Part shown: piece after piece, positions 9,706 through 19,709 of the stretch
Layout: each line of letters opens with the position of its first letter
Position numbering within the stretch: the first letter of the stretch is position 1
Origin: Methylotenera sp.
Lineage (GTDB): Bacteria > Pseudomonadota > Gammaproteobacteria > Burkholderiales > Methylophilaceae
Assembly (NCBI GenBank): GCA_021732365.1
Contig: JAKFVD010000017.1
Coordinates: 270,543 to 334,542 of the forward strand
Direction of reading: 5' to 3'
DNA: 64,000 nucleotides
Notes under the pieces: generated by a model
Databases searched by the model: none
Told to the model about the DNA's origin: nothing
Seen by the model: the letters and a program-made list of their open reading frames with translations, nothing else
Made by a program: the position numbers and the translations under genes

Positions 9706-12090
9706 TTATTGCTGCTGGCTAATACTGCTAGTTGATACCACTTCAAAATACGTGGTTGCGCCATGGCTTAATTGGCTAATATCTAGCTCAAACTCAATAC
9801 CAGCATCGGTTGGTTTAACGGCAATCACATCTTGGCGCTGGCCGCGTAAATTGGTAGAAAACACCGTTAGCTGGCTTTTATAAGGTGTTTTAATGGCCAG
9901 CTTTACCTTTGCTGCTTTGATCACCACTGGCAGTTTGCCAATATCTTGCAAAATGCTTTCGCTGGCATCGCTAAAGCGCATATCGCTATTTCTGGCATCG
10001 GTAGCCAGCACAATTAGCATGCGTTTGCTGTTTGCCAACACTTGCCCATCCATCGCCGATACTGCAACCAAAGCTGCGCCGCTAGCCGACAAAACTGAAA
10101 GCTGGTTTAGCTGAATTATTGCTGGCTCGTCAAACACAACCGCCTCGGTTTTAGGAGTAATCACCATCATGCGTTTTTGCGGCGCATCCAACAAAATTTC
10201 ACCCGTATCACTTTGGTAAATACCTGCTTCAGGGTTGGTTAAGTTGCTAGCGTTAAGCAATTTAGCATCGCGTAAATTTTGCACGCGGGCCGCCCAGCGG
10301 TCATCGGCAAGCAGTTTTACCTTGCTCACTTTATAGGCCAAACCGCTGGCGTATTCTTTTAATAAGCCATCTAGTTTTAAGCCCAAATTAGTAGTGGGCT
10401 GCACCAGTTTGCCAAAACCCGCTTTATTTAATCGCAAACCTGGCTGATTAAAATCAATTTCTGCTGCTGCTTTTTGATTAATTGTTAGCTTAGGCTTGGG
10501 CTGCCAATCTAATCCAACCCCTGTCACTAAACTTAATTTAGAAACATCCGCAGGCGTATTGCCCAAATGCGCGCTGTTTTGAAATGCATCTTGTGGCGTG
10601 AGTTTTACGCTGATGGTATTGTGCGCAGGTGCTACATCGCCGCGCAAATAGAGTAATGTAGCTAGCGTTTCAGTGGCGCGCGATATGGGGTCTTGCCCCA
10701 CAGCAAAAGAATTAATCCTGTTTTTATTGGCATTCGTTTGCGTGCCAGCATAACTTAGCGCAACTGCGCCAGAATGCTGGCAAATTCCACCCCAGCTTTG
10801 CAGTGCTGCATAAGCAGGCAGGGCTAAACCCGATTCGCGCCTGTATTGATTCCAAAAAACTTGGCCATGCTCACTGACTGTGTATGCTTTGCCTAAATGT
10901 TTAGCCGCTGCCAGTTCTCTGATATAGGCGGCATGATTTTCTAGCATGCTGTCTTGGCGTACCTTTAGTTGCGTACCCACATAATCCGGGTGACCAAAAT
11001 AATTATGCATATCAACCCAGTTAAACTGGCCGCGCGTTGCTTGTGTGGCTGGCGCATGCCATAAATTGTAGCTACTCACTTGGCCTGTAAAACCAAGTTT
11101 GCGCACATATTGCGTCATCCAATCTGCGGTCTTTTTTTCGGTATCCACAAAAAATGCCTGCGTATCAGCCATGCGTAGCGATGTCCAAGCGTCTGGTGCA
11201 GGAAACTTAACCTGATTTTTATCCCAATTTTTATCTAAATTATTTTCTATATTTTCATCGGATTTGAGTTCACTGATACCTGTGGTTTTACTAGTCCAAG
11301 CGGATTTAAGTTTAGCGTTGCTAACGTATTTGGCCTTAAGCCATTTGGCAAAATAGGGATTAAATTCCGGCTTAACCCCGTTGCGATTCACAAAAGTTAA
11401 GTTGTTTTCATTCACCAAAATCATGCCTGCAAAAGCAGGGTCTTTTATGGTTGCTAGGCCTGTATAAGGGTTTACGCTACCATACATTTTGGCAACCAAT
11501 TGCCTCCAATGCGCTTGGCTCTCTGCATCAAAATAAACGCCTGTGTGCAAACCTTTTTTGCCTATCCAGCGCTCATTAACGTTGCCATAACCGCCGTTGT
11601 CATTGCTTAAGCCGTTGAGTATGTAATAAATACCATTGCGCTTTAATGCAGCCATCAAATAATAAAAACGGTCTAATTGCTCTGGATTGAAATCAAAATC
11701 TTGCTGGCGCGCTTCCATTAAGGTCGCCTCTACAAAATCCAGCCGCGCCATATTGTAGCCATGCAAACGAAATTGCTGCACATACAAATCGGTAACTGCA
11801 TGACTGGGAAAGCTGCCCGTTGCGACACCAAAACCTAATGAACCAATCAAAAAACGTTGTGGCTTATCAGGCTCATTTTCCAGTGCCCAATTGCCTTGAT
11901 TATTGATTACAAGCTTTGTTTTAATTGGCTTAGCAGGCGGCACTAAATTAGAAAAATCTAAAATACTGCCCTCTTCAACCATCAATGAAACATCTTTTAC
12001 GGGCACCCATGTGTCAGCAGCTAAACTTGTGGCGCTAAACAAAAAGCTAATTGCTACAGGCAATAAAAAAGCTACCACTGCCGCTTTCAT
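9706..12090 (-). CDS. Secreted putative glycoside hydrolase (clan GH-A-like TIM barrel) with a large C-terminal region; candidate EPS glycanase
   Basis: Signal peptide ending SATSLA/AD. Blocks HGYNMARLDF and GMILVNENN resemble GH5-like strand-4 Asn-Glu. It is embedded in the eps operon. The family assignment is weak. Confidence 0.45.
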   Translation of the reverse strand: MKAAVVAFLLPVAISFLFSATSLAADTWVPVKDVSLMVEEGSILDFSNLVPPAKPIKTKLVINNQGNWALENEPDKPQRFLIGSLGFGVATGSFPSHAVTDLYVQQFRLHGYNMARLDFVEATLMEARQQDFDFNPEQLDRFYYLMAALKRNGIYYILNGLSNDNGGYGNVNERWIGKKGLHTGVYFDAESQAHWRQLVAKMYGSVNPYTGLATIKDPAFAGMILVNENNLTFVNRNGVKPEFNPYFAKWLKAKYVSNAKLKSAWTSKTTGISELKSDENIENNLDKNWDKNQVKFPAPDAWTSLRMADTQAFFVDTEKKTADWMTQYVRKLGFTGQVSSYNLWHAPATQATRGQFNWVDMHNYFGHPDYVGTQLKVRQDSMLENHAAYIRELAAAKHLGKAYTVSEHGQVFWNQYRRESGLALPAYAALQSWGGICQHSGAVALSYAGTQTNANKNRINSFAVGQDPISRATETLATLLYLRGDVAPAHNTISVKLTPQDAFQNSAHLGNTPADVSKLSLVTGVGLDWQPKPKLTINQKAAAEIDFNQPGLRLNKAGFGKLVQPTTNLGLKLDGLLKEYASGLAYKVSKVKLLADDRWAARVQNLRDAKLLNASNLTNPEAGIYQSDTGEILLDAPQKRMMVITPKTEAVVFDEPAIIQLNQLSVLSASGAALVAVSAMDGQVLANSKRMLIVLATDARNSDMRFSDASESILQDIGKLPVVIKAAKVKLAIKTPYKSQLTVFSTNLRGQRQDVIAVKPTDAGIEFELDISQLSHGATTYFEVVSTSSISQQQ

Positions 12091-13043
12091 AAACGTATCA
12101 CTTGACGACAGTAATCAACGCAAAACACAGCAAAGCCGGGCAAAAGTGCGGCCAAACAGAGTGCATATGCGCCTACACTTGAAAACCTAGATACATTCAT
12201 AAAACGACCATCTGCCGCATGAAAGCTATAGCGCACGTAAAGCACTGCCCATTTAATAAACGTTTTGGGATCATTAAAAAAATAGCGTAAATCTCTATTT
12301 AGCATTTGCAGAAAATAATCCTTAACCAGCGCCTTTTTTTGTGGATTGGCTTTGGTGATTTGATTGCCAGAATCTTGATAAAAAATTCTTAATGGCTCAT
12401 TAATACAGCGAATCTTATATTTACTGGCAATGGCATCCCACACAATATTTTCTGGCACAAAACGCACTGATTTGTCTTCTGGAAAAGGATATTGTTTTAA
12501 CACTTCAGTACGATGAAAGCCCCAAGATTCACCACGTTTTTTGTGCTTATAGCGTAAATCTAAGGCGTTGGTATCTAACGGATGAATTGCAAACAGTTCA
12601 CCACAAATTTCACCATTCTCGTACTGGCATAAAGTGACAATACCTGTAAATTGATATTGCTTAGTTTGAGGAATCTGCTGCCACCAAAACCACATTTTTT
12701 CTAAAGCATCGGGCAAAAATGCATCATCTGAATCTATTGGTAAAAATAAATCGCCCTTGGCAAGATTAACCCCTTTGTTAAAGGCAATATGCTTACCAGA
12801 GTTGGGCTGTAACCGATAAATAATAGAAAAATCAGCCACTTTTTTCCACTGTTCAATCAGTTGCCTAGTGCCATCTGTTGAGCCATCATCTACAACAACC
12901 CACTCAAAATCGCGATAAGTTTGTGCGATTAAGCTATCGAAAACCCGATGTAGCGTATGTGCGCGATTATAGGTTGGGGTAAATACAGTGAAGTTAGGTG
13001 TAAAATCACGGCTATTTTTTGAAGATTTAGCCATTCTGAGCAA
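12087..13043 (-). CDS. Glycosyltransferase, GT2 family
   Basis: FTVFTPTYNRAHTL, VVVDDGSTDGT, PIDSDDAF (DXD). Confidence 0.85.
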   Translation of the reverse strand: MLRMAKSSKNSRDFTPNFTVFTPTYNRAHTLHRVFDSLIAQTYRDFEWVVVDDGSTDGTRQLIEQWKKVADFSIIYRLQPNSGKHIAFNKGVNLAKGDLFLPIDSDDAFLPDALEKMWFWWQQIPQTKQYQFTGIVTLCQYENGEICGELFAIHPLDTNALDLRYKHKKRGESWGFHRTEVLKQYPFPEDKSVRFVPENIVWDAIASKYKIRCINEPLRIFYQDSGNQITKANPQKKALVKDYFLQMLNRDLRYFFNDPKTFIKWAVLYVRYSFHAADGRFMNVSRFSSVGAYALCLAALLPGFAVFCVDYCRQVIRL

Positions 13044-13554
13044 CCTGTTTAATTATTTTAGGCTTATTTTTTGCAGGAACGCCCACTGCAGTATGATTAG
13101 ATGGCACATCTTTAATGACGACTGCATTAGCGCCAATATCAACGTCATTACCAATCGTCACTTTACCTAGTATTTTAGCGCCTGCACCTACGTTAACTCT
13201 AGAGCCTATTACAGGCGAATCTAACGGTGAGTTTTGATGGCGATTGCCTATGGTAACGCCTTGACGGATGATGCAATCATCTCCAATAACAGTCGATCCA
13301 TGAATAACTATTGCTCCAAAGTGCTCAATCACAAACCTTTGGCCTATCTCTGCTTTGGCACCAATAAAAACACCAAATAATATTTCAGAAAACTTTGACA
13401 AAATTACATGCACAAAAGCCCAAGGCCAGCGAATCAATTTGGATGTATATTTAAATCTAGCATGACCAAATCGATAAATTTGCAGCGCCCAAAAACCTTG
13501 AGCGAGCAAACCCTCGCGATATACTTTTAAATCATCAAAAAAGTTATTCATCAA
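13027..13554 (-). CDS. Hexapeptide-repeat O-acetyltransferase (serine acetyltransferase / WcaB-like)
   Basis: Left-handed beta-helix repeats: IHGSTVIGDDCIIRQGVTIGN, VIGSRVNVGAGAKILGKVTIGNDVDIGANAVV. Confidence 0.8.
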   Translation of the reverse strand: MMNNFFDDLKVYREGLLAQGFWALQIYRFGHARFKYTSKLIRWPWAFVHVILSKFSEILFGVFIGAKAEIGQRFVIEHFGAIVIHGSTVIGDDCIIRQGVTIGNRHQNSPLDSPVIGSRVNVGAGAKILGKVTIGNDVDIGANAVVIKDVPSNHTAVGVPAKNKPKIIKQVAQNG

Positions 13555-13559
13555 TTCTG

Positions 13560-14771
13560 TTATTCACTCTTGATTAATTGATGATATTTGCTTGAAAGCG
13601 TTTTAGAAAGTGTGTCATAGCCACGTATTCTCTTAATATAATTTTGTGCTCGCTGAGCAAATTCTTCTTTTTTCTTACCATCATTAACTAATGAGAAAAC
13701 AGCCTTTGCAAAAGCATCAGCATTTAATTCAACACAGGCCCCAGCACCACTTTCTGTTAATACTTGCATTTGGTCAGGGTTATTATTTGCAATAACAGGT
13801 AAGCCAAAAGCCATATATTCAACAGCCTTGGTAGGCGATGCCATATCGAGCAAATACCCACGCGGAAAAGGTGACAAACCGATTTCGGCTGCTTTTAAAT
13901 AACGCCATGCTTCTTGCATAGGTAGCCAGCCAGTCCACAAAATTTGCGGCATCACACCCAACCGTTGCGCTTCTTGCTTCAACCAATCTCGGTGTGCTTT
14001 ATCTTCTGTATCGCCTGCCAACACCAGCAAAATATCAGGTAATTGTTGCTTCAACATGACAAGCATTTCAAACAGAATATGAATCTGGCGCAATTTATCT
14101 AGTGTGCCCAAATAAACAATGACGCGCTTACCAGCCAGCCGCGCATCGTTACTGGCAGCAATTTTATCTGGTCGTGCACTTTCTAAGTCAACACCCATTG
14201 GCACAGGTGTCATTTTTTGCGGGCTAACGCCTTGCAGCGCTAACATTTCAAGCATATTTTGGCTTTGTACAAACACATGATTGGCATTTGGCAAAATGAT
14301 TTTATATAGTAAAAATTTGCCGATAGCGCCTTGCAATAGCGGAAACCAGTAGCGCATGCCAGCACTTGCCCCACGCGCTTTTGCACGCTCAATTTGGCCT
14401 TCTGATTGCGGGTAAGAAAGCCAATAGTAAAACGGGATTTTTTTTAATTTGCACATCACGATTGCAACAAGCGCAATCAATGTCATATCGCGCACTTGCA
14501 CGGCTTGATATTGCGCATAATTTGCAGTAGTTAACACTTTGCACTGATGCAAAAATTTGAAAATATATTGCCCTGCGCGGTTTTGTGGCACTTTGCACAA
14601 TAGTGCTTTGCCCGCTGGCCAATCTGCTGCCTTTTCTGTGCTTACATCTTGTTCAGTCACCAAATCGCAAGTAATGCCAAAGCGTGGTAAATATTTGCCA
14701 AATAAAGTGGTTAAGTCTGCCCTAAAAGTAGGCCATTGTTCTGCAGTTAAATAAAGGATGTGCATGCTCAA
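13560..14771 (-). CDS. Glycosyltransferase, GT4 family
   Basis: C-terminal block ASPTKAVEYMAFGLPVIANN and GT-B pattern. Confidence 0.75.
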   Translation of the reverse strand: MSMHILYLTAEQWPTFRADLTTLFGKYLPRFGITCDLVTEQDVSTEKAADWPAGKALLCKVPQNRAGQYIFKFLHQCKVLTTANYAQYQAVQVRDMTLIALVAIVMCKLKKIPFYYWLSYPQSEGQIERAKARGASAGMRYWFPLLQGAIGKFLLYKIILPNANHVFVQSQNMLEMLALQGVSPQKMTPVPMGVDLESARPDKIAASNDARLAGKRVIVYLGTLDKLRQIHILFEMLVMLKQQLPDILLVLAGDTEDKAHRDWLKQEAQRLGVMPQILWTGWLPMQEAWRYLKAAEIGLSPFPRGYLLDMASPTKAVEYMAFGLPVIANNNPDQMQVLTESGAGACVELNADAFAKAVFSLVNDGKKKEEFAQRAQNYIKRIRGYDTLSKTLSSKYHQLIKSE

Positions 14772-15943
14772 ATTACAGATTGCGGCGTGACGGTTGTTTT
14801 GATTGTGGCGGCCATAAACACCACAAATGCAGCAAATAACATGCTTAAGTTTCTAAGCTCACCTGTCGCGCAAAAAGCTAAAAATAAAGGAATATTAATT
14901 GCTGCGGCAATTGCCATATGCGTTTTCCATATTGGTGCAACGTGCTTGGCACCGCGCAACATAATTATAAAAATGATTGGTATGGTTGTTAAAAATAAAC
15001 CTTGTGGGCTAAACATGCCATGCGTCATATCTAACCTTAAATAAGTAGCTGGATTAAATAAGCTGATTAAATTAGCGAGCAATTGAAACTCTACAACCCC
15101 ACCGCCATTGGTTTGATACATTAGTTTTAAATACGTATTGACCAAACCAGCCACAAACATTGCTGCTGCAATCCCCAATATGGTTTGTTTTTGGGTAAAC
15201 GTTATGCGCAAAAATGGATATAACGCTGGCAGAAAAAATAAAAAACTTTCTTTATTTAAGGTGGCAATTGCAGCTAAAAAAATGAGCGCAAATATTCTGC
15301 CGCTAATTGTTAATAAAAGCGCACTGCTAAAAAATGCAAGCTCTAAGCTATCGTAAAAATAGCCGCCTATGGTTTGCAAATAGGGAAAAGCCATAATAAA
15401 AATAGACGGCGCGATGACTGACTCTAGCTGGCCATAGCCAAACTTGAGCAAAATTGACCTTAACAAAAAAAGTGAGGCTAATAATGCGAAAAAATTACTC
15501 AAATAAATGATGCGGTAAGTATATTCGTAGCCTTGTAAGTTGGCCGATTTTGATCGGGTGAATGCTTTTTGCGGATCAAATTTTTTAAGGAATGCAGTTT
15601 TAGCACTGCTAGGAATACTGGAGTCTGCAATAATTGGCTGTAATGTTTTAGCCACCATTGGTACCAGTTGTCTGTAAACAAATGGTCTATCTGCTGTGCC
15701 AGCAACCATGCTTTCAAAAGATGACCTTGCGCCACCATCATTAAGCCCCCATTTGGCAATAAAGCCAGAATGCGCTGCCGCAGCCACCATAAAAAATAAA
15801 CCGCATAACAACAACCAAGAGGCCGTTTTACTGTGCGCAAAAATTTGCATTTTGTTTAGTAATTCATTCATCACTTTATTCATATTGTGGGCTTTTGTGA
15901 TGAAGATTTTCGTGCTGTTGCTGCTGATACAAAAATGCGGCAT
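14768..15943 (-). CDS. Polytopic inner-membrane protein of unknown function in the eps operon
   Basis: At least 9 hydrophobic helices and no soluble domain. The long form overlaps the upstream gene by 68 nt, so the real start is probably MNKV (15883) or MQIF (15850). Confidence 0.55.
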   Translation of the reverse strand: MPHFCISSNSTKIFITKAHNMNKVMNELLNKMQIFAHSKTASWLLLCGLFFMVAAAAHSGFIAKWGLNDGGARSSFESMVAGTADRPFVYRQLVPMVAKTLQPIIADSSIPSSAKTAFLKKFDPQKAFTRSKSANLQGYEYTYRIIYLSNFFALLASLFLLRSILLKFGYGQLESVIAPSIFIMAFPYLQTIGGYFYDSLELAFFSSALLLTISGRIFALIFLAAIATLNKESFLFFLPALYPFLRITFTQKQTILGIAAAMFVAGLVNTYLKLMYQTNGGGVVEFQLLANLISLFNPATYLRLDMTHGMFSPQGLFLTTIPIIFIIMLRGAKHVAPIWKTHMAIAAAINIPLFLAFCATGELRNLSMLFAAFVVFMAATIKTTVTPQSVI

Positions 15944-17369
15944 ATCCCAACATCACCGCAATAATCAGCTCATGCACCAACAGATTCACTTGGCTATCGG
16001 AGTAAATTAAGAAGAATAAAGTTAAGGCAATGCCCGCTTGCAGCGCCATGCAATCTGCCTTTACCTGGGCGCTTGTTGTGTTGCGCCACACTTTGCTAAT
16101 TTGCACCCAAGCGGTTAAGAAAATGCTCACATACATGGTTAGCCCAACAACGCCTAAATCCCACAACAAAGTAGAAACAGTGGTTAAGTTAATGCCGTAA
16201 TTGGGGTATAAACGTGCAATATGCCCTGCATCGAAACCATTACCATAAGAGCTACCTAAGCCATGGCCGAATAAAAAGCTGATTGGGTCTTGCCAGCTGT
16301 GAAACTTAGCCCAAAAAGTCATCACGGTTGTACGGTTTAACAGTAGCTTTCCGTAGCCCAGTTTTTCTTCTACGTTGTAGGCAATAATGCCCATTAGGCC
16401 ATCCAGAATATTGCTGTCTTCTAAAAAGTGAAAATAGATAAATGCAAAAATAAAAGTTAATGCCATTAAACCCATAAATAATGGAATATATTTTGCTGGC
16501 TCTTGCATAATATCTTTGCGCAGCAGCACAAAACCCAACAATGGCAACATGACAATCACCACTTTTGTTTCACCCAAAGCAAGTGGCAACAATAAAATAC
16601 CAGCCAACAATGCAGCGCGCGATGTTTCAATTAAACCTACTTTCCAGCGCGAAAATACAAAGGCAGCTGCTATCAATATAAAAGTGACCATAATGGCGTT
16701 GGGGCTGCCACCCTCAATATTGGCACCCATTGTGCCGGCCACAACGTCAGTTGCCTCACCGCCTGCGGCCAAGCCGCCACGCAAAGGCACTAAGGCAAAG
16801 CGCTCAAAAAACGCAAAAGGCAATTGTAAAAGCGCAATAATCAGTAACAACTTAAGCCATAAATCAAAATCTTGTTTGGTATTCGCCAAAGTCACTAAGG
16901 CTAGTAATAAGCCAAAGGTTTGAAAGTAGCGTTTAAACCCTGTAAAGAGTTCGCCCAAACCATGTAATTGCGAAACGCTGACAATAAGTGCATACAGCAC
17001 AAAAATAAGGGCAAGCCAAATAAATAGCGGTATCGTTTTTTTGTGTTCTGGATTAAAACTAAATAAATTGAGCAAGCCTGGCACAAATAACAACAAAGCC
17101 ATCATAGAAACAGCCCACAGCACACGATGAAAGCCATGCCCCACCATATCCAGCAAAGCAGGCGTTGCAAGGCCAAGTGCGATGACCAATAAAATAGTTT
17201 TTTTAGGAATAGCCAGTAAAAAAGTACCGCCCACCAAACCAACGGCCAAGCCAATCAAAATGGGGTTTGCGGTAACCGAAATTAAGCCAAACAAAAAGGC
17301 AAGGCCACTGGCCACCATAAAGAAAGCCACTTTTACCCAAATGCCATGTCCATTTTTTAGTGTTTGCAT
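15876..17369 (-). CDS. O-antigen-ligase / Wzy-like polysaccharide polymerase candidate
   Basis: About 12 TM helices with a larger loop in the C-terminal half. Its context is with a Wzx-like flippase and GT genes. Confidence 0.5.
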   Translation of the reverse strand: MQTLKNGHGIWVKVAFFMVASGLAFLFGLISVTANPILIGLAVGLVGGTFLLAIPKKTILLVIALGLATPALLDMVGHGFHRVLWAVSMMALLLFVPGLLNLFSFNPEHKKTIPLFIWLALIFVLYALIVSVSQLHGLGELFTGFKRYFQTFGLLLALVTLANTKQDFDLWLKLLLIIALLQLPFAFFERFALVPLRGGLAAGGEATDVVAGTMGANIEGGSPNAIMVTFILIAAAFVFSRWKVGLIETSRAALLAGILLLPLALGETKVVIVMLPLLGFVLLRKDIMQEPAKYIPLFMGLMALTFIFAFIYFHFLEDSNILDGLMGIIAYNVEEKLGYGKLLLNRTTVMTFWAKFHSWQDPISFLFGHGLGSSYGNGFDAGHIARLYPNYGINLTTVSTLLWDLGVVGLTMYVSIFLTAWVQISKVWRNTTSAQVKADCMALQAGIALTLFFLIYSDSQVNLLVHELIIAVMLGYAAFLYQQQQHENLHHKSPQYE

Positions 17370-17410
17370 ATTGTTAACATCATTTTTTATTCAATTTTTT
17401 TAAATTAAAT

Positions 17411-18607
17411 TTATTGCTCAATTAAGCTGAAATTTTGTTGCTTAGCTGCACTTAACCTTTGTATTGCATCTAAAAATACAGGCTCTATTTTGCTCCAAAC
17501 ATGTTGCCTGCCAGACATGACAGCGTGATGTTTAAATTTAGGTAGCTCATGCTTGTTGGTGTGCAATTGAAATATGGCATGTGCTAGCGATTGCGCATCG
17601 TAATCAAATATCAGCCCATTTTGCCAATCGTTTATGTAGCGCGTATGGGTGCGAATATTGCTGGCCAACACGGGTATGCCTGCCACCAAATATTCAAATA
17701 ATTTGGTTGGTGGGTTAAATTCGTTCCATTGATTTTGCTCCCACAGGCAAATGCCCACATCTGCTTGCGCTAAATATGTGGGTATTTCATGCCCTGACAC
17801 ACGACCCACAAGGTGCACAAATTGCTCAATTTTTAATGCTTTAACACGCTGTTGGCAAAAAATTAATTCTGACTCTGTTGCGCCAACAATGGTTAATTTA
17901 ATGGCACCGTTTCGCTTTAACAGCAACGTATCTTTGGCTAAAATCGCCATGGCATCTAGCATCACATCGCGGCCACGCGCTTGGCTTACAGTGCCAATAT
18001 AAATCAACTGAATCGGCTTGTTCTGTGATGCGTCTGTTTGGGCATGCTGCATAAAGCTATCGGCCACGCCCATGTAAATCATTTTAATTTTTGCAGCTTT
18101 TACGCCATGCCGTATTAAATCTTCTTGATGATCTTCACCAATTGGCATAATTAAATCTGCACGTTTTGCACCGTAAAAAACCAACCAATGCGCCATTTTT
18201 GCCAAGGTATTACGCACGGGTGAAAACGTTTTTAGCACATGCATTAAATTAGTCGGGTGCTCATTCCAATATAAACAAGTTGGAATTTTTCCCACCATTA
18301 AACTAATGGGCGACGCGCTAGAATGCAATAGAACTGCCAAGCTTGGCTGCTGTTTGCGTATGGTGTTGGCACATTGCACCAAATAATATAGCCAGCCAAA
18401 TTTGCCACTTTTTCGCCCCAGCGCTACGTAATTTGCACTCTCAATCATCAATTCAGTTTGGCTAAGCGTATCTTGGCTCAAAATAGTCAATTGATAACGC
18501 TTAGCCAATGCATGCAGACGATAGGAAAAATCCAAATAACCAGGCTGCTTTTCTGAGAAGCAAGTGACGACGATGCAGGTTGATAGGAAGCTTTTCATCT
18601 CAATCAA
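17411..18607 (-). CDS. Glycosyltransferase, GT4 family
   Basis: NPPTKLFEYLVAGIPVLAS block. Confidence 0.75.
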   Translation of the reverse strand: MIEMKSFLSTCIVVTCFSEKQPGYLDFSYRLHALAKRYQLTILSQDTLSQTELMIESANYVALGRKSGKFGWLYYLVQCANTIRKQQPSLAVLLHSSASPISLMVGKIPTCLYWNEHPTNLMHVLKTFSPVRNTLAKMAHWLVFYGAKRADLIMPIGEDHQEDLIRHGVKAAKIKMIYMGVADSFMQHAQTDASQNKPIQLIYIGTVSQARGRDVMLDAMAILAKDTLLLKRNGAIKLTIVGATESELIFCQQRVKALKIEQFVHLVGRVSGHEIPTYLAQADVGICLWEQNQWNEFNPPTKLFEYLVAGIPVLASNIRTHTRYINDWQNGLIFDYDAQSLAHAIFQLHTNKHELPKFKHHAVMSGRQHVWSKIEPVFLDAIQRLSAAKQQNFSLIEQ

Positions 18608-18617
18608 GTTTTACGTT

Positions 18618-19706
18618 TTAAACTTCGCCCACCAAAAACTGCTTCACTTCTTCCGCCATCGGTTCAAAATGCAGGTCATTCCATCTTGGTGAAATATAAA
18701 TGGTTAATGCCTGCATTAAATGTAATGCTGCTAGTATTTCATCAGGCGAATTCACGCGCTTCACATAGTTAACACTCTCAAACCAATCAAATGCACTAAT
18801 TAATTTATGATTGTGTGTTTTCAACACTATGCAGGGCCTTTTTACTAATACCGAAAAAATCAAGCCGTGATAGCGGTCGGTAATCACCGCATCAAAATCA
18901 GCAATAAACTGCAGGTACTTAGCCAGTGTTTTAAATTTGTCCTGATCTGGAAATACATCATCGAAATTGGTATCCCACAATTGTGCGTCATACCCAGCAC
19001 CCAGTAATAATTGCTTAATGGCTTGTTTTATATTCTCGCCATAAACACTTTCTTTATCGTTACGCATCAACAGTAAAACTTTCTGCAATTTTTTTGGGCG
19101 CCTTGCAATGTGCTGGCCAAGCTGCTTTTCTACTGTTTCTTGTAACGATAAAGCCATGTCTGGCCTTACTAATACTTGTGTTTTACTAAAGAGTTTTTTA
19201 GCGATTTCTGCTGATTCATAATCGCGGCCAAATAATAGTAGCGCAGGATGTGCGTTAATTAATTGCTGGCTTACTTGACTGATTTGACGGCCAGTGTCTG
19301 TATTGCTGTAATAAATGGTTTGCGGTAATTGCACTATTTGATTGTTTGGTAAGGCCTTAATAATGGACTCTCTATCCAATTGTGTATTGTGCCAATCGTC
19401 CCCAAAATTGCCGCCACTATGTAAAAATACAATATCTTGCTTTTGAATCCGTTTTTTTAAATCGGGCAAGCAAGCTGCAATTTCAAAGTTTTTGAGTTCA
19501 ACTATTGGCAGCAAAAAATGTTTTTTTAACCAAATAGGAATCGCAGCAGCTTGAGCTTGATCACCCAGGTTAGGAAACCGATCGCCCAAGCCCATTAAGT
19601 AATAAAGCTTAGGTTGATTGCCGATAGCCGAAATACGATTACGAAACTTAATTCGCCATATTGCAGACTTAATTTTTGTTTTTATTTTATGCATCATATT
19701 ACCCAT
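18618..19706 (-). CDS. Polysaccharide pyruvyl transferase family protein
   Basis: N-terminal GLGDRFPNLGDQAQ and C-terminal ITDRYHGLIFSVL resemble the PS_pyruv_trans family pattern. Confidence 0.55.
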   Translation of the reverse strand: MGNMMHKIKTKIKSAIWRIKFRNRISAIGNQPKLYYLMGLGDRFPNLGDQAQAAAIPIWLKKHFLLPIVELKNFEIAACLPDLKKRIQKQDIVFLHSGGNFGDDWHNTQLDRESIIKALPNNQIVQLPQTIYYSNTDTGRQISQVSQQLINAHPALLLFGRDYESAEIAKKLFSKTQVLVRPDMALSLQETVEKQLGQHIARRPKKLQKVLLLMRNDKESVYGENIKQAIKQLLLGAGYDAQLWDTNFDDVFPDQDKFKTLAKYLQFIADFDAVITDRYHGLIFSVLVKRPCIVLKTHNHKLISAFDWFESVNYVKRVNSPDEILAALHLMQALTIYISPRWNDLHFEPMAEEVKQFLVGEV

Positions 19707-19709
19707 GTC

